Part shown: one piece after another, positions 28,803 through 38,395 of the stretch | Numbering within the stretch: position 1 is the first letter of the stretch | Layout: each line of letters starts with the position of its first letter | NCBI GenBank assembly: GCA_965217615.1 | Contig: CBDCIT010000042.1 | Location: 649 to 64,648 of the forward strand | DNA: 64,000 bases | Source of the DNA: Alphaproteobacteria bacterium | GTDB lineage: Bacteria > Pseudomonadota > Alphaproteobacteria > UBA8366 > CAVOAK01 | Direction: 5' to 3' | The notes under the pieces: model-generated | The model's database searches: none | The model's input: the letters and a program-made list of their open reading frames with translations, nothing else | What the model was told of the DNA's origin: nothing | Program-made: the position numbers and the translations under genes

Positions 28803-31256
28803 ATGATTCGCTTAGTAAAGATCATTCTTGTTCTGACTTCTTTGTGTCTGTTCGGTGTTCTTGTCGCTGCGGGCAGCGGTGTCTATTTGCTTTGGCGTTA
28901 TGGTCAGGATCTGCCTGATTATCGCCAACTCGCGAACTATCAGCCAAAGACGATTACGCGGTTTCACGCCGGCGATGGACGGTTGATCGCCGAGTTTGCA
29001 ACCGAGCATCGCGTCTTTGTCCCGATACAGGCACTGCCGCGCACGTTCATTCAGGCATTTATCGCCGCCGAAGATCAGAACTTCTTCACGCATCCGGGGG
29101 TGGATCCAGTTGCGCTGGTCCGGGCGGCATTCACCAACCTAACCAACATCGGCAGCAATCGCCGTCTTGTCGGTGCGTCGACGATAACACAGCAAGTTGC
29201 AAAGAACTTTCTGCTGACCAGCGAAGTTTCCATTGAGCGCAAGATCAAAGAAGCAATCCTCTCATTCCGCATCGAGCGCGCCTTTTCGAAGGAACAGATA
29301 CTCGAACTCTATCTGAACGAAATATACCTAGGGTATGGATCCTACGGTGTGGCGGCGGCCGCACTGAACTATTTCGACAAGTCACTTCACGAACTTTCCG
29401 ATGGGGAAATGGCATATTTGGCGGCGCTTCCGAAGGCGCCGAACAACTATCATCCCGTGCGCAATCCGAAGTCGGCCAGAGCGCGGCGCAATTGGGTGAT
29501 AAGCCGCATGTACGAAGAGGGTTTTGTCGACGCGGAAACGGCGTTCCGCGCGCGCGCGGAACGCCTGCGTGTCGTTCCCAACACTGGCGCCGCGCACGCA
29601 CAAGCTGACTATTTCGTTGAGGAGGTTCGGCGCGAACTCGTTCAACGCTACGGGGAAGCCCGGCTCTATGAAGGTGGACTTTCTGTACGAACGACCGTGG
29701 ATCCGACGCTACAGAGGATTGCCGACGAAGCTCTACGCCGCGGATTGATCGCCTACGATCGGCGTCACGGGTGGCGTGGTCCTTGGGACCGGATTGAGGT
29801 GATGGAGAACTGGCTGGGTGTGCTCCGTGGGATCAAGCGTCCGCCTGGTACGGAAGGCTACGAGTTGGCCGTCGTAACTGAGCTCAACTCCAGTGGCGCG
29901 ACGATCGGCCTAACAACGGGCCGGATCGGACGCATCCCGCTGGAAGAACTCAAATGGGCACGCGCGTGGCTAGGGAACGAGGGCAGGGGACCGTCAATAA
30001 AGAAACCGTCCGACGTGCTCCTTGTCGGCGACGTCGTTCTGGTCCAGACGATATTTGAGAAGACCAAAATTCAGGAGGGCGAGGACCCGAACTACCCGCC
30101 CGGAACATACGCTTTGCGCCAGGTGCCTGAAATCAACGGCGCAATCGTGGCGCTCGACCCGCACACCGGTCGTGTCCTTGCAATGACCGGCGGCATGGCG
30201 TTCGAGGCTAGTGAATTCAATCGGGCGACTCAGGCATGGCGCCAGCCTGGTTCCGCGTTCAAGCCGTTTGTCTATCTAGCGGCGCTCGACAACGGCTACA
30301 CGCCGGCCACGCGAATTCTCGATGCGCCGTTCGTACTCGATCAAGGTCCCGGCTTGGGCAAGTGGAAGCCGGCCAACTACACGCGAAGGTTTTACGGTCC
30401 CTCGCCGATGCGCCTAGGGATCGAGAAGTCGCGAAATTTGATGACCGTGCGTCTGGCACAGAGGATAGGCATGCCGAAAGTCGCCGAATATGCCGAGCGG
30501 TTTGGCCTTGTCGATGAGATGCCGAATCAGCTCGCGATGGCACTGGGCGCCGGCGAAACAACGCTCCTGAGAATGACAACTGCATTTGCGATGCTCGTCA
30601 ATGGCGGTCGGCGAATTACGCCGGCGCTGATCGATCGCATTCAAGACCGCCAGGGCAAGACCATCTTCCGGCATGACGCACGAAAATGCGAAGATTGTCA
30701 GATGGCCGAGTGGGACGGCGGGAGCACGCCAACACTTCCCGATGTTCGTGACCGCGTTGCAGATGCAACCAGTGCCTACCAGATCGTGACGATGCTCGAG
30801 GGTGTCGTCAAAAGAGGAACGGGACGTCGAGTGCGCGCTGTCGGTAGGCCGCTCGCTGGCAAGACTGGCACGACCAACGATGGAGTGGATACGTGGTTCA
30901 TTGGATTCTCCCCGGATTTGGCCGTCGGCATCTACGCTGGATTTGACCAGCCTCGACCCCTGGGCAAGAACGAAACCGGCTCGTCGGTTGCGGCGCCCAT
31001 CTTCAAGGACTTTATGGAGCATGCGTTGCGCGGGAAGCCGGCGATCCCATTTCGCATACCGTCCGGCGTTCGCCATGTCCGCATTAATGTCGAAACCGGC
31101 CGTCCGGCACGCCCCGGCGATAAACAGGTCATTCTCGAGGCGTTTAAGATCGGCACCGAGCCCGCCGGAGACTCGGTCTTGATCGATGGGTCCGGCGGCG
31201 TCGCTGAAGCCGCAGGTACGACGGGCGCTCCGCCCGCTTCAGCCGGGCTTTATTGA
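28803..31256 (+). CDS. mrcA: Penicillin-binding protein 1A
   Basis: AAEDQNF, GASTITQQVAKN, ELYLNEIYLG, QPGSAFKP (SxxK), SRN and GKTGT. Confidence 0.95.
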   Translation: MIRLVKIILVLTSLCLFGVLVAAGSGVYLLWRYGQDLPDYRQLANYQPKTITRFHAGDGRLIAEFATEHRVFVPIQALPRTFIQAFIAAEDQNFFTHPGVDPVALVRAAFTNLTNIGSNRRLVGASTITQQVAKNFLLTSEVSIERKIKEAILSFRIERAFSKEQILELYLNEIYLGYGSYGVAAAALNYFDKSLHELSDGEMAYLAALPKAPNNYHPVRNPKSARARRNWVISRMYEEGFVDAETAFRARAERLRVVPNTGAAHAQADYFVEEVRRELVQRYGEARLYEGGLSVRTTVDPTLQRIADEALRRGLIAYDRRHGWRGPWDRIEVMENWLGVLRGIKRPPGTEGYELAVVTELNSSGATIGLTTGRIGRIPLEELKWARAWLGNEGRGPSIKKPSDVLLVGDVVLVQTIFEKTKIQEGEDPNYPPGTYALRQVPEINGAIVALDPHTGRVLAMTGGMAFEASEFNRATQAWRQPGSAFKPFVYLAALDNGYTPATRILDAPFVLDQGPGLGKWKPANYTRRFYGPSPMRLGIEKSRNLMTVRLAQRIGMPKVAEYAERFGLVDEMPNQLAMALGAGETTLLRMTTAFAMLVNGGRRITPALIDRIQDRQGKTIFRHDARKCEDCQMAEWDGGSTPTLPDVRDRVADATSAYQIVTMLEGVVKRGTGRRVRAVGRPLAGKTGTTNDGVDTWFIGFSPDLAVGIYAGFDQPRPLGKNETGSSVAAPIFKDFMEHALRGKPAIPFRIPSGVRHVRINVETGRPARPGDKQVILEAFKIGTEPAGDSVLIDGSGGVAEAAGTTGAPPASAGLY

Positions 31257-31323
31257 TCTTCTAATTCAATAGCGACGACGAGAGTTTAGTCTGAACGCGG
31301 CCCTCGCGCTGACCAAACCGGCG

Positions 31324-32247
31324 TCAGACGGTAGGTACGGTGGGTGTGGGCTCGGCATATTCTGGTTGGGCCAGCCGTTCGCGATAGGCGACATAGGTCG
31401 TGCTAGCAAAGATCATCGCGCCACCGATCCACGTGAAAACGGCCGGGATTTCAAGAAAGAAGACAAAGCCGATAGCGGCGGTCCATATCAGCTGAAAGAA
31501 AAACACCGGCGCCACGATGTTGGTCTCGGCGTCCCGAAATGCTTGGGTCATGCTCATGATGGACCCCGTGAACACGACGCCCATTACGCCAAGCCACAAG
31601 AGTTGGGACCAGGTCGGCCATTGCCAGAAGAAAAGCGCCGGGATCAGAGCCAACGGCCATCGCAGCGCAATCGCGTAACAGGTGATCGTGACGCTCGTGT
31701 CGGTCCGCCCCAGGAGCTTTATGCAAAACGTTGCCATGCCGCCAAATAGCGCTGAGATAAGCGCGAGCATGACGCCAAATTCGATTGGTTGAATGCCCGG
31801 CTGCAGGATTAATAATGTTCCAATAAAACCCACTAGAATCGCGGCCCAACGTCGAAACTTCATGATTTCGCCGAGGAAAAATACGGCAAGAATTGCCGTG
31901 AAAATCGGTGATAGGAAGCTGAGTGCTGTCACGAGTGCAAGCGGCGTAAAACTGATGGCCAGAAACGCAAAAATCATCGCGGTTACGCCCATCGTGACGC
32001 GAAAAAGATGAAGCACAAATCGACGTGTCCGAAGCGATCGCACACCATCGCGAACGAGCCACGGCAACACTACTGGAAATCCGAAGATCGATGTGAAGAA
32101 CACGATTTCGAACGGGTGCAATTCGCCCGAAACCTGGCGGACCATACCGCTGAGTATGGAAAACCCAACGGTTGCGAGAAGCATGAACCCCATGCCTCGG
32201 ATATTTGTAGAAACCGGGGGTTTGCGCGTTTGGCGGTCGCTGCGCAT
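31324..32247 (-). CDS. DMT/EamA family transporter
   Basis: About 10 hydrophobic segments, with FFLGEIMKFRRWAAILVGFIG. Confidence 0.88.
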   Translation of the reverse strand: MRSDRQTRKPPVSTNIRGMGFMLLATVGFSILSGMVRQVSGELHPFEIVFFTSIFGFPVVLPWLVRDGVRSLRTRRFVLHLFRVTMGVTAMIFAFLAISFTPLALVTALSFLSPIFTAILAVFFLGEIMKFRRWAAILVGFIGTLLILQPGIQPIEFGVMLALISALFGGMATFCIKLLGRTDTSVTITCYAIALRWPLALIPALFFWQWPTWSQLLWLGVMGVVFTGSIMSMTQAFRDAETNIVAPVFFFQLIWTAAIGFVFFLEIPAVFTWIGGAMIFASTTYVAYRERLAQPEYAEPTPTVPTV

Positions 32248-32270
32248 CGCCGCGTTCTTTTCGACGGCAA

Positions 32271-33167
32271 TTATTCAGCGGCCGGACGATGGGTCAGGGC
32301 GCTGGCAATCATGTCGATGGCCTGGTCGAGCGTGCGCGACGCGTCGTGACGTTCACGGGTTTCTGCCGCAAGAGTTGTCGTTGCGAGAAGCCGGTAAATC
32401 GCCGCTGCGCCTTCGTGAAAACCTGTTGGCACTCCGGCGCTCGCAAACGTGGCGGCGATTTCTTCCATTTCGCCGATCCAGCGCCCCGCGTCGGTCGCGA
32501 TCCACGGCACGCGTGCGCGCATTTGCTTGAGGGTCGATTGTTGGCTGTTTTCGAATTCTGCAATCAGGGGCATCGATAGCCCCAGCCGTTCGGCGGCGAT
32601 CAGTACCGCCGTGTGAAGCGCCCACGTGCCCTTGGTTAAGGCCGCGTAACACATCTTGATTGCCGACGCGTCGCCGATATTGCCGCCCATATTCTTCACC
32701 TCGATTCCCTTGCCATCGAGAAACGAGACGAACCCAACATCGGGTCCGCTGGCGTAAAATCGAGGGACGCTGGTTTCGCTCGGGGCGCCGCCGATGATGC
32801 CCACATCGACAAAGGGTGCACCGCGATCTTGGATGGTTCGGGCGATCGCCGATACTGTGTTCGGCGAGACCGCATTGCAGTCTACAAACGCGGGTGTGCT
32901 TTGGGCGCTTGCCATGGCCGAGCTGGCTGCGATCGCAAACTCTGGGGCCGCGGCCGGCGGTAGGATCGACAGAACAATGTCGGATTCACGCACCAGTGTG
33001 ACCAGATCGACGGCGTCTTCGATTCCTGCCTGTTTTGCCAATTGACGGCTACGGTCGCTGCGGCCGCCAAGCGCGGTGATGACACGATGACCGTGGCTCC
33101 GAAGTGCCCGGCCGACGGCATGGCCCATGTTGCCTGTGCCGACGACGGCTATGGTTTCTTTGGGCAT
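32271..33167 (-). CDS. NAD(P)-dependent oxidoreductase (6PGD/3-hydroxyisobutyrate dehydrogenase-like, DUF1932 C-terminus)
   Basis: GTGNMG Rossmann motif, DCNAVSP, ASAIKMCYAALTKG and RWIGEMEEIA. Confidence 0.85.
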   Translation of the reverse strand: MPKETIAVVGTGNMGHAVGRALRSHGHRVITALGGRSDRSRQLAKQAGIEDAVDLVTLVRESDIVLSILPPAAAPEFAIAASSAMASAQSTPAFVDCNAVSPNTVSAIARTIQDRGAPFVDVGIIGGAPSETSVPRFYASGPDVGFVSFLDGKGIEVKNMGGNIGDASAIKMCYAALTKGTWALHTAVLIAAERLGLSMPLIAEFENSQQSTLKQMRARVPWIATDAGRWIGEMEEIAATFASAGVPTGFHEGAAAIYRLLATTTLAAETRERHDASRTLDQAIDMIASALTHRPAAE

Positions 33168-33396
33168 CGATCTGCTTCTCCTCGATCCATTTGCGATGTA
33201 ATAGACGACGCTGCGAGAGTTCGTGAGAGGTATATGAACTCTGGCGTTTCGAAGACGCGCAAAATCCGTGGGAACTCTCAAAAACAGTGTGCTGAAGGCG
33301 CTATCGGACAGCATTTCACTGCTGTCGGCCGTTCGCAAGCGTGGATGTCGCGATCGGCGTTATGCGACATCTCCTGCCGAACGTGTGCGGGAATGC

Positions 33397-33425
33397 TTGA
33401 ATTTGCCAAAAGCGCTCTCTATCCT
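33397..33425 (+). promoter_or_regulatory. Putative sigma70 promoter of the cold-shock gene, giving a ~130-nt leader
   Basis: TTGAAT-17 bp-TATCCT; long 5' UTRs are typical of csp genes. Confidence 0.45.
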
Positions 33426-33563
33426 TTGCCTGTTGTTGTACGAGGGGCTGGTTAGAACACTTTGGTATTCAGCTCTGCCACCTCCCACAACTTGGCGTGT
33501 GCCGTGCGGCTATGTTGGCAGTTCGGGGGCGCCAACTGGTTCAACCACGTAAGGTAACAGGTC

Positions 33564-33770
33564 ATGGGGATCGGTACGGTGAAATGGTTCAACCCGACCA
33601 AGGGCTTCGGGTTTATTGAGCAGGACGGTGGCGGCAAGGACGTGTTCGTGCACGTAACGACCGTCGAGCAGTCTGGGATGCACACTCTCCAAGAAGGCCA
33701 AAAGGTCTCTTTCGAGATGGAGTCCACTCCGAAAGGTTTGAACGCGACGAGCGTCGCCGAAGCGGAGTAA
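33564..33770 (+). CDS. cspA: Cold-shock protein
   Basis: [15 protein letters not shown] (RNP1) and DVFVH (RNP2). Confidence 0.95.
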   Translation: MGIGTVKWFNPTKGFGFIEQDGGGKDVFVHVTTVEQSGMHTLQEGQKVSFEMESTPKGLNATSVAEAE

Positions 33771-34040
33771 CGAACGGCGTTTGTTCCGGGTCGGCGGGGT
33801 GCTAGTCCGCTCGATCCGACCGAGCAAGTAGAAAAACAGAACCCGTAAACGAACGGGCTGTTGTCGCTGGCCTGACGGCGCTGATGGGCTTGCCGCATTT
33901 TGCCGTCTAGATTTACTGTCGGCCGAGGCGATGCGTGCCTATGCAACCCTCCCAACTCGTTTGGCAGTAGGTTGCGTGTAGACCGTGATGAACCTGGGGG
34001 ACCGAATGGCCGCAGGGATTGCTGGATGAAAGGCACCACT

Positions 34041-34898
34041 ATGAGTATCGAATTCAGACCACTTAGCGATGCGTTGGGAGCGGAAGTCGTCGGCGTCGAT
34101 GTATCCGAAGACCTCTCTGACGAGACGATCGCCGAGATCCGCACGGGCTGGCTGCAGAACAATATTCTGCTGTTCCGGAACCAGGAGATGACGCGGCAGC
34201 AGCAAAAGGCGTTCACTCAACGGTTCGGCACGCTGATGGTCAGCCCCAACTCCCGCACCCGTTTCCCCGAGCACCCGGAAGTGCTGGTGTTCTCGAATAT
34301 CCAAGTCGACGGCGAGTATATCGGCAGTCCTCCTGCACGTGTCGGCGAGGGCTGGCATAGCGATTTCTTCTATCTGAAAGAGCCGGCCGGCGGTTCCTTC
34401 TTCTACGCCAAGGAGGCGCCTGAAAATGGTGGTGAAACGTGGTTCGCGAACATGACGAAGGCGTACGAGGCCTTGTCGGAGGAGAAGAAGAGCACGCTGT
34501 CAGTCCGCAAGTGCACATATAGTCAAATCAAGACGCTGCAAATCCTCAACCCCGAGCTGCCACCAATGACCGACGAGCAGAAGCACGCATCGCCGGACGT
34601 CACCCATCCCATGGTGCGCGTCCACCCCGAGACCGGGCGCACAGCGTTGTTCGTCGGCCTGCGCGGGACGCCAGCGTGTTGCGTGGACGGTATGAAAGAA
34701 GGGGAGGGTGTCGAGTTTCTGGAAGAGTTGCGCTCATTTGCGACGCAACCCCAATTTACTTATTCGCACCAATGGCGACCCGGCGACGCGATTTTGTGGG
34801 ATAACCGCTGCACGATGCATCGCGCAACGGTATTTCCCGACGAGATCGGCCGCCGCCTCTGTTACCGCACGACCGTTGAAGGCGGTGTGCCCTTCTAA
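34041..34898 (+). CDS. TauD/TfdA family Fe(II)/2-oxoglutarate dioxygenase
   Basis: LGAEVVGVD, WHSD (HxD), GGETWFAN, HPMVRVHPETGR and WDNRCTMHRA. Confidence 0.92.
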   Translation: MSIEFRPLSDALGAEVVGVDVSEDLSDETIAEIRTGWLQNNILLFRNQEMTRQQQKAFTQRFGTLMVSPNSRTRFPEHPEVLVFSNIQVDGEYIGSPPARVGEGWHSDFFYLKEPAGGSFFYAKEAPENGGETWFANMTKAYEALSEEKKSTLSVRKCTYSQIKTLQILNPELPPMTDEQKHASPDVTHPMVRVHPETGRTALFVGLRGTPACCVDGMKEGEGVEFLEELRSFATQPQFTYSHQWRPGDAILWDNRCTMHRATVFPDEIGRRLCYRTTVEGGVPF

Positions 34899-35044
34899 GA
34901 GTCGCATTGCAACCAACGATAATTTACCCGTCACGCCGATATATCGGATAGCGTGTCCGAAATTGCGCACGCGCCCTGTCGACTTCAACGACGTGGACGT
35001 GCCGCGTGTCGGGCGAGCCGACACTGCCGGGAGGGCGCCAGGAA

Positions 35045-35971
35045 ATGGTCGGGACCACAGCTGTAGTGAGCGACGGCACGGACCATGTCCATCACCGTCT
35101 CGCCGTGCTGCTGGTGCTGGTGAGCAGCATTATCAACTCCGTCGGTGGCCTACTCTTACGCTTGGTAGACGTGGCGGGACCCTGGCAAGTGTTGTTCTAT
35201 CGACAAGTGTCGTTGATGCTGTGCCTGATCCTATTGTTGGCATTGTACTACCGTCGCCGCGTCATCGCAGAGTTTAGGGGTATCGGCGGCTTCGGCGTTC
35301 TAGCTGGCTTCGCGGTGGGCGCCGGCAGCACCTGCTTCATACTTTCCCTTTCCAGCACGACGATTGCCAATACGCTCTTTATCCTCAGTGCAACGCCGTT
35401 CGTAACGGCGGTTCTCGCATGGGTCTGGCTGAAGGAGCCCGTGGGGCGGAGCACGTGGATCGCCATGGCGTTGGCGCTCGTGGGAATCGCGGTGATGGTT
35501 GGCGGTGGATTCGCTGCAGGAACGGTTTTCGGCAACGTGATGGCGCTCATCACCATCGTCTGCTTCTCGTGTTTTGTGGTGCTGTTGCGCCGCCACCGGG
35601 CGACCAACATGATACCGGCGGTAGTCGTCGGTTCCGCCATTGCGGCGATCGGTGCAGCGGTTGCCCTCAAAGGGGACTTTACGATCTCCTGGCATGACTT
35701 TGCGATTTGCGTTGCTTGGGGCGGTGTGCTTTCGACGACCGTGCACTTTCTCTTCGTTTGGAGTTCGCGGTTCGTGCGTGGCGCCGAGCTGATGCTACTT
35801 GTCCTCGTCGAATTTGTGCTCGGTCCGATCTGGGTCTGGCTATTCGTCAATGAAATTCCGAGGGCAGCAACGCTCGTGGGTGGGGCCGTTGTTCTCGTTG
35901 CCGTTGCCAGCCGGGCGGCTCTATCGCTTCGTGGCGAGAGGGCCATGGCCGAACTTGCGGCAGCTGAATGA
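35045..35971 (+). CDS. DMT/EamA family transporter
   Basis: Multiple TM helices, with LAWVWLKEPV and GPIWVWLFVNEIP. Confidence 0.87.
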   Translation: MVGTTAVVSDGTDHVHHRLAVLLVLVSSIINSVGGLLLRLVDVAGPWQVLFYRQVSLMLCLILLLALYYRRRVIAEFRGIGGFGVLAGFAVGAGSTCFILSLSSTTIANTLFILSATPFVTAVLAWVWLKEPVGRSTWIAMALALVGIAVMVGGGFAAGTVFGNVMALITIVCFSCFVVLLRRHRATNMIPAVVVGSAIAAIGAAVALKGDFTISWHDFAICVAWGGVLSTTVHFLFVWSSRFVRGAELMLLVLVEFVLGPIWVWLFVNEIPRAATLVGGAVVLVAVASRAALSLRGERAMAELAAAE

Positions 35972-36079
35972 AGGTCAATTGGCACACTATTTTGCCTTAT
36001 GATACGGTCATGCTTAGAGTCACTAACGGGATGCGAGCTAACGCACTAACCAGCGGTAACGCTCGATGAGGAGAGATGT

Positions 36080-36706
36080 ATGCTGACGGGTATCAACTAT
36101 CTGGCCTTTATCACCGACGATATGGAGAAGACCATTCGCTTTTACCGCGATTTGCTGGAGATGGAGCTGAACTCTGGCGTCGGACATGGCGGCTACCGCC
36201 ATTATTTCTTCAAGTTTGGCGAGGCGCAGGTCGCTTTTTTTGAGTATGCCGGGGCAAGCCCCATGGAACGCAAGTTCCACGGTTCGCCGACGACAAAGCC
36301 ACTCGGCTTCGATCATGTATCGTTTACCGTGGCAAGTCGGGAAGACCTGTTCCACTTCAAGGACAGGCTACAGGCGGCTGGCGTGGAGGTCTCGGGCGCC
36401 GTCGATCACGGCACGATTTGGTCGATCTACTTTTTTGATCCGAACAATATTCCGCTTGAGATTTCATGGGACTGCATGGAAGTCGTCAAACCGCCAGCGA
36501 TGAGCGAGGATGATCCAATGCCGATCATGGCGGAGGGCGCGTCACCCCAGCCAGGCACCTGGCCCGAGGTCACCAATCCGACGCCGCCGGAGCAAATGAC
36601 CGCGCATGCGGGAAATGGATTCGAGATGCGCGAAACGTTCCTGCGCGAGGGCACGGGTCGCGACACCGAGGAGTACAGCCGAATAATTGCCGATGCGGCT
36701 GAGTAG
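36080..36706 (+). CDS. VOC (glyoxalase/bleomycin resistance) family protein
   Basis: DMEKTIRFYRDLL, FDHVSF and SIYFFDPNNIPLE. Confidence 0.88.
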   Translation: MLTGINYLAFITDDMEKTIRFYRDLLEMELNSGVGHGGYRHYFFKFGEAQVAFFEYAGASPMERKFHGSPTTKPLGFDHVSFTVASREDLFHFKDRLQAAGVEVSGAVDHGTIWSIYFFDPNNIPLEISWDCMEVVKPPAMSEDDPMPIMAEGASPQPGTWPEVTNPTPPEQMTAHAGNGFEMRETFLREGTGRDTEEYSRIIADAAE

Positions 36707-36814
36707 GCCGCGGACGAGCCGTCCCCTACTTCGCTGATGCGTGGGGTCATCGGTTCTGGGCTCCATCGAACCGGCTGACCTGATTCAGTTTTGTATCCAA
36801 ATTGGAGACACCTA

Positions 36815-37940
36815 TTGCGCGCAGAAATCGAGGTTGCCGCTGACGAAATCAAGCAGTCGCTAGAACTGCTAGGGAGGCATCTTTGACCTTAATGCTGCGA
36901 GGGCCAGGCTTGCCGAACTGAATGCGGCGGTGGAGCGCACAGACTTTTGGGACGATACCGAGGCAGCACAGAAAGCAATGCGCGAGCGTACTCGCCTCGA
37001 CGCTGCGATCGGCGGCTACGTAGAGCTCGAACGCGGACTTGAAGACAATTTAGAGTTAGTCGAACTGGCTGAGCTGGAAGGCGATACGGAAGTAGTCGAG
37101 GAGGCGGAACGGGCGCTGATGGCGCTTCGCGAGGTTGCCGTCAAGCGTCAACTTGAAAGTTTGCTCGCCGGCGAGGCCGATGCGAACGATTGTTATGTTG
37201 AGGTTCACGCCGGTGCGGGGGGAACTGAATCGCAGGACTGGGCCGAGATGCTGTTGCGCATGTATATGCGCTGGGCCGAGGCGCATAGCTATCAGACCGA
37301 ATTGCTTGCAGAATCGCCCGGCGAAGAGGCAGGATTGAAGTCGGCCACGATCAAGGTTAGCGGCCTAAACGCATACGGTTGGCTTAGTACCGAAAGCGGC
37401 GTTCACAGGCTCGTGCGCATATCGCCGTTCGATGCGTCTTCAAGGCGGCACACGAGCTTCGCGTCGGTTGGCGTTTTTCCCGTCATCGACGACACGATCG
37501 AGATTGAGATTATCGACAAGGACGTCCGCGTTGATACCTACCGCGCGAGCGGTGCTGGCGGACAGCATGTCAACAAGACGGATAGTGCGGTCCGCATGAC
37601 CCACCAACCGACGGGCATCGTCGTGCAATGCCAGAGCGACCGCTCACAACATAAGAACCGGGCAGCAGCGATGAAGATGTTGCGCGCGCGACTCTACGAA
37701 CTCGAAATGCAAAAGCGCGAAGAGGAAGCGCAGGCTGCACATGAGTCGAAGACGGATATCGGCTGGGGTCATCAGATTCGCTCCTACGTGTTGCATCCAT
37801 ACCAGATGGTGAAAGATCTTCGCACAGGTGTGGAGCAGGGCAACGCGCAGGGCGTGCTCGACGGCAATCTTGACTCGTTTATCGAAGCGGCTCTGGCAGC
37901 GCGAGTTGGGGGGACGCAAACGGCCGAGGGCAGTCCATAA
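36815..37940 (+). CDS. prfB: Peptide chain release factor 2 (programmed +1 frameshift)
   Basis: TTG start [23 protein letters not shown], then CTT TGA C. The +1 frame continues DLNAARARL... and contains the SPF and GGQ motifs. Confidence 0.96.
36871..36887 (+). promoter_or_regulatory. prfB +1 frameshift cassette
   Basis: AGGGAGG (internal SD)-CAT-CTT-TGA-C. Confidence 0.95.
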
Positions 37941-38022
37941 TTCTCTGCCGGCCGCGTGTTCTTGATGTAGGTTTGGAGACATGGCCGACATGGGCGTCGG
38001 TGACTCAAGAGGGAGGACGATC

Positions 38023-38301
38023 ATGCGTTATATCTTGCTTGGAAATTTGAGCTCCGACTGGGCCACACGTCAAACCCAGCGGACCAGGGGCGCCAAGGCG
38101 ATGCTAAAGAAACTCAAGATTAAGCTTGAGTCCGTCAACTATACGCAAGGTGTATACGATTTTGTCGACATCGTCGACGCGCCCAATGCAGAGGCAATGC
38201 TGGCCTTCTCTGTCTGGTACGCGAAGGTGGGCTATGGCCGCGTAATCTCAATGCCGGCATTTGGCGAAAAGGAACTGGAGGCAGCCGTTAAGCGCACTTG
38301 A
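38023..38301 (+). CDS. GYD-domain protein
   Basis: YTQGVYDFVDIVDAPN and a GGAGG RBS. Confidence 0.8.
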   Translation: MRYILLGNLSSDWATRQTQRTRGAKAMLKKLKIKLESVNYTQGVYDFVDIVDAPNAEAMLAFSVWYAKVGYGRVISMPAFGEKELEAAVKRT

Positions 38302-38395
38302 TCGAACTGTCGTCGAAAGGGCGGTAGGCACGTCGGAATATCGGTTGGGACGCGGCCACGGTTGCGGTCGACGACAGACATTTTTCGGCTTTCCT

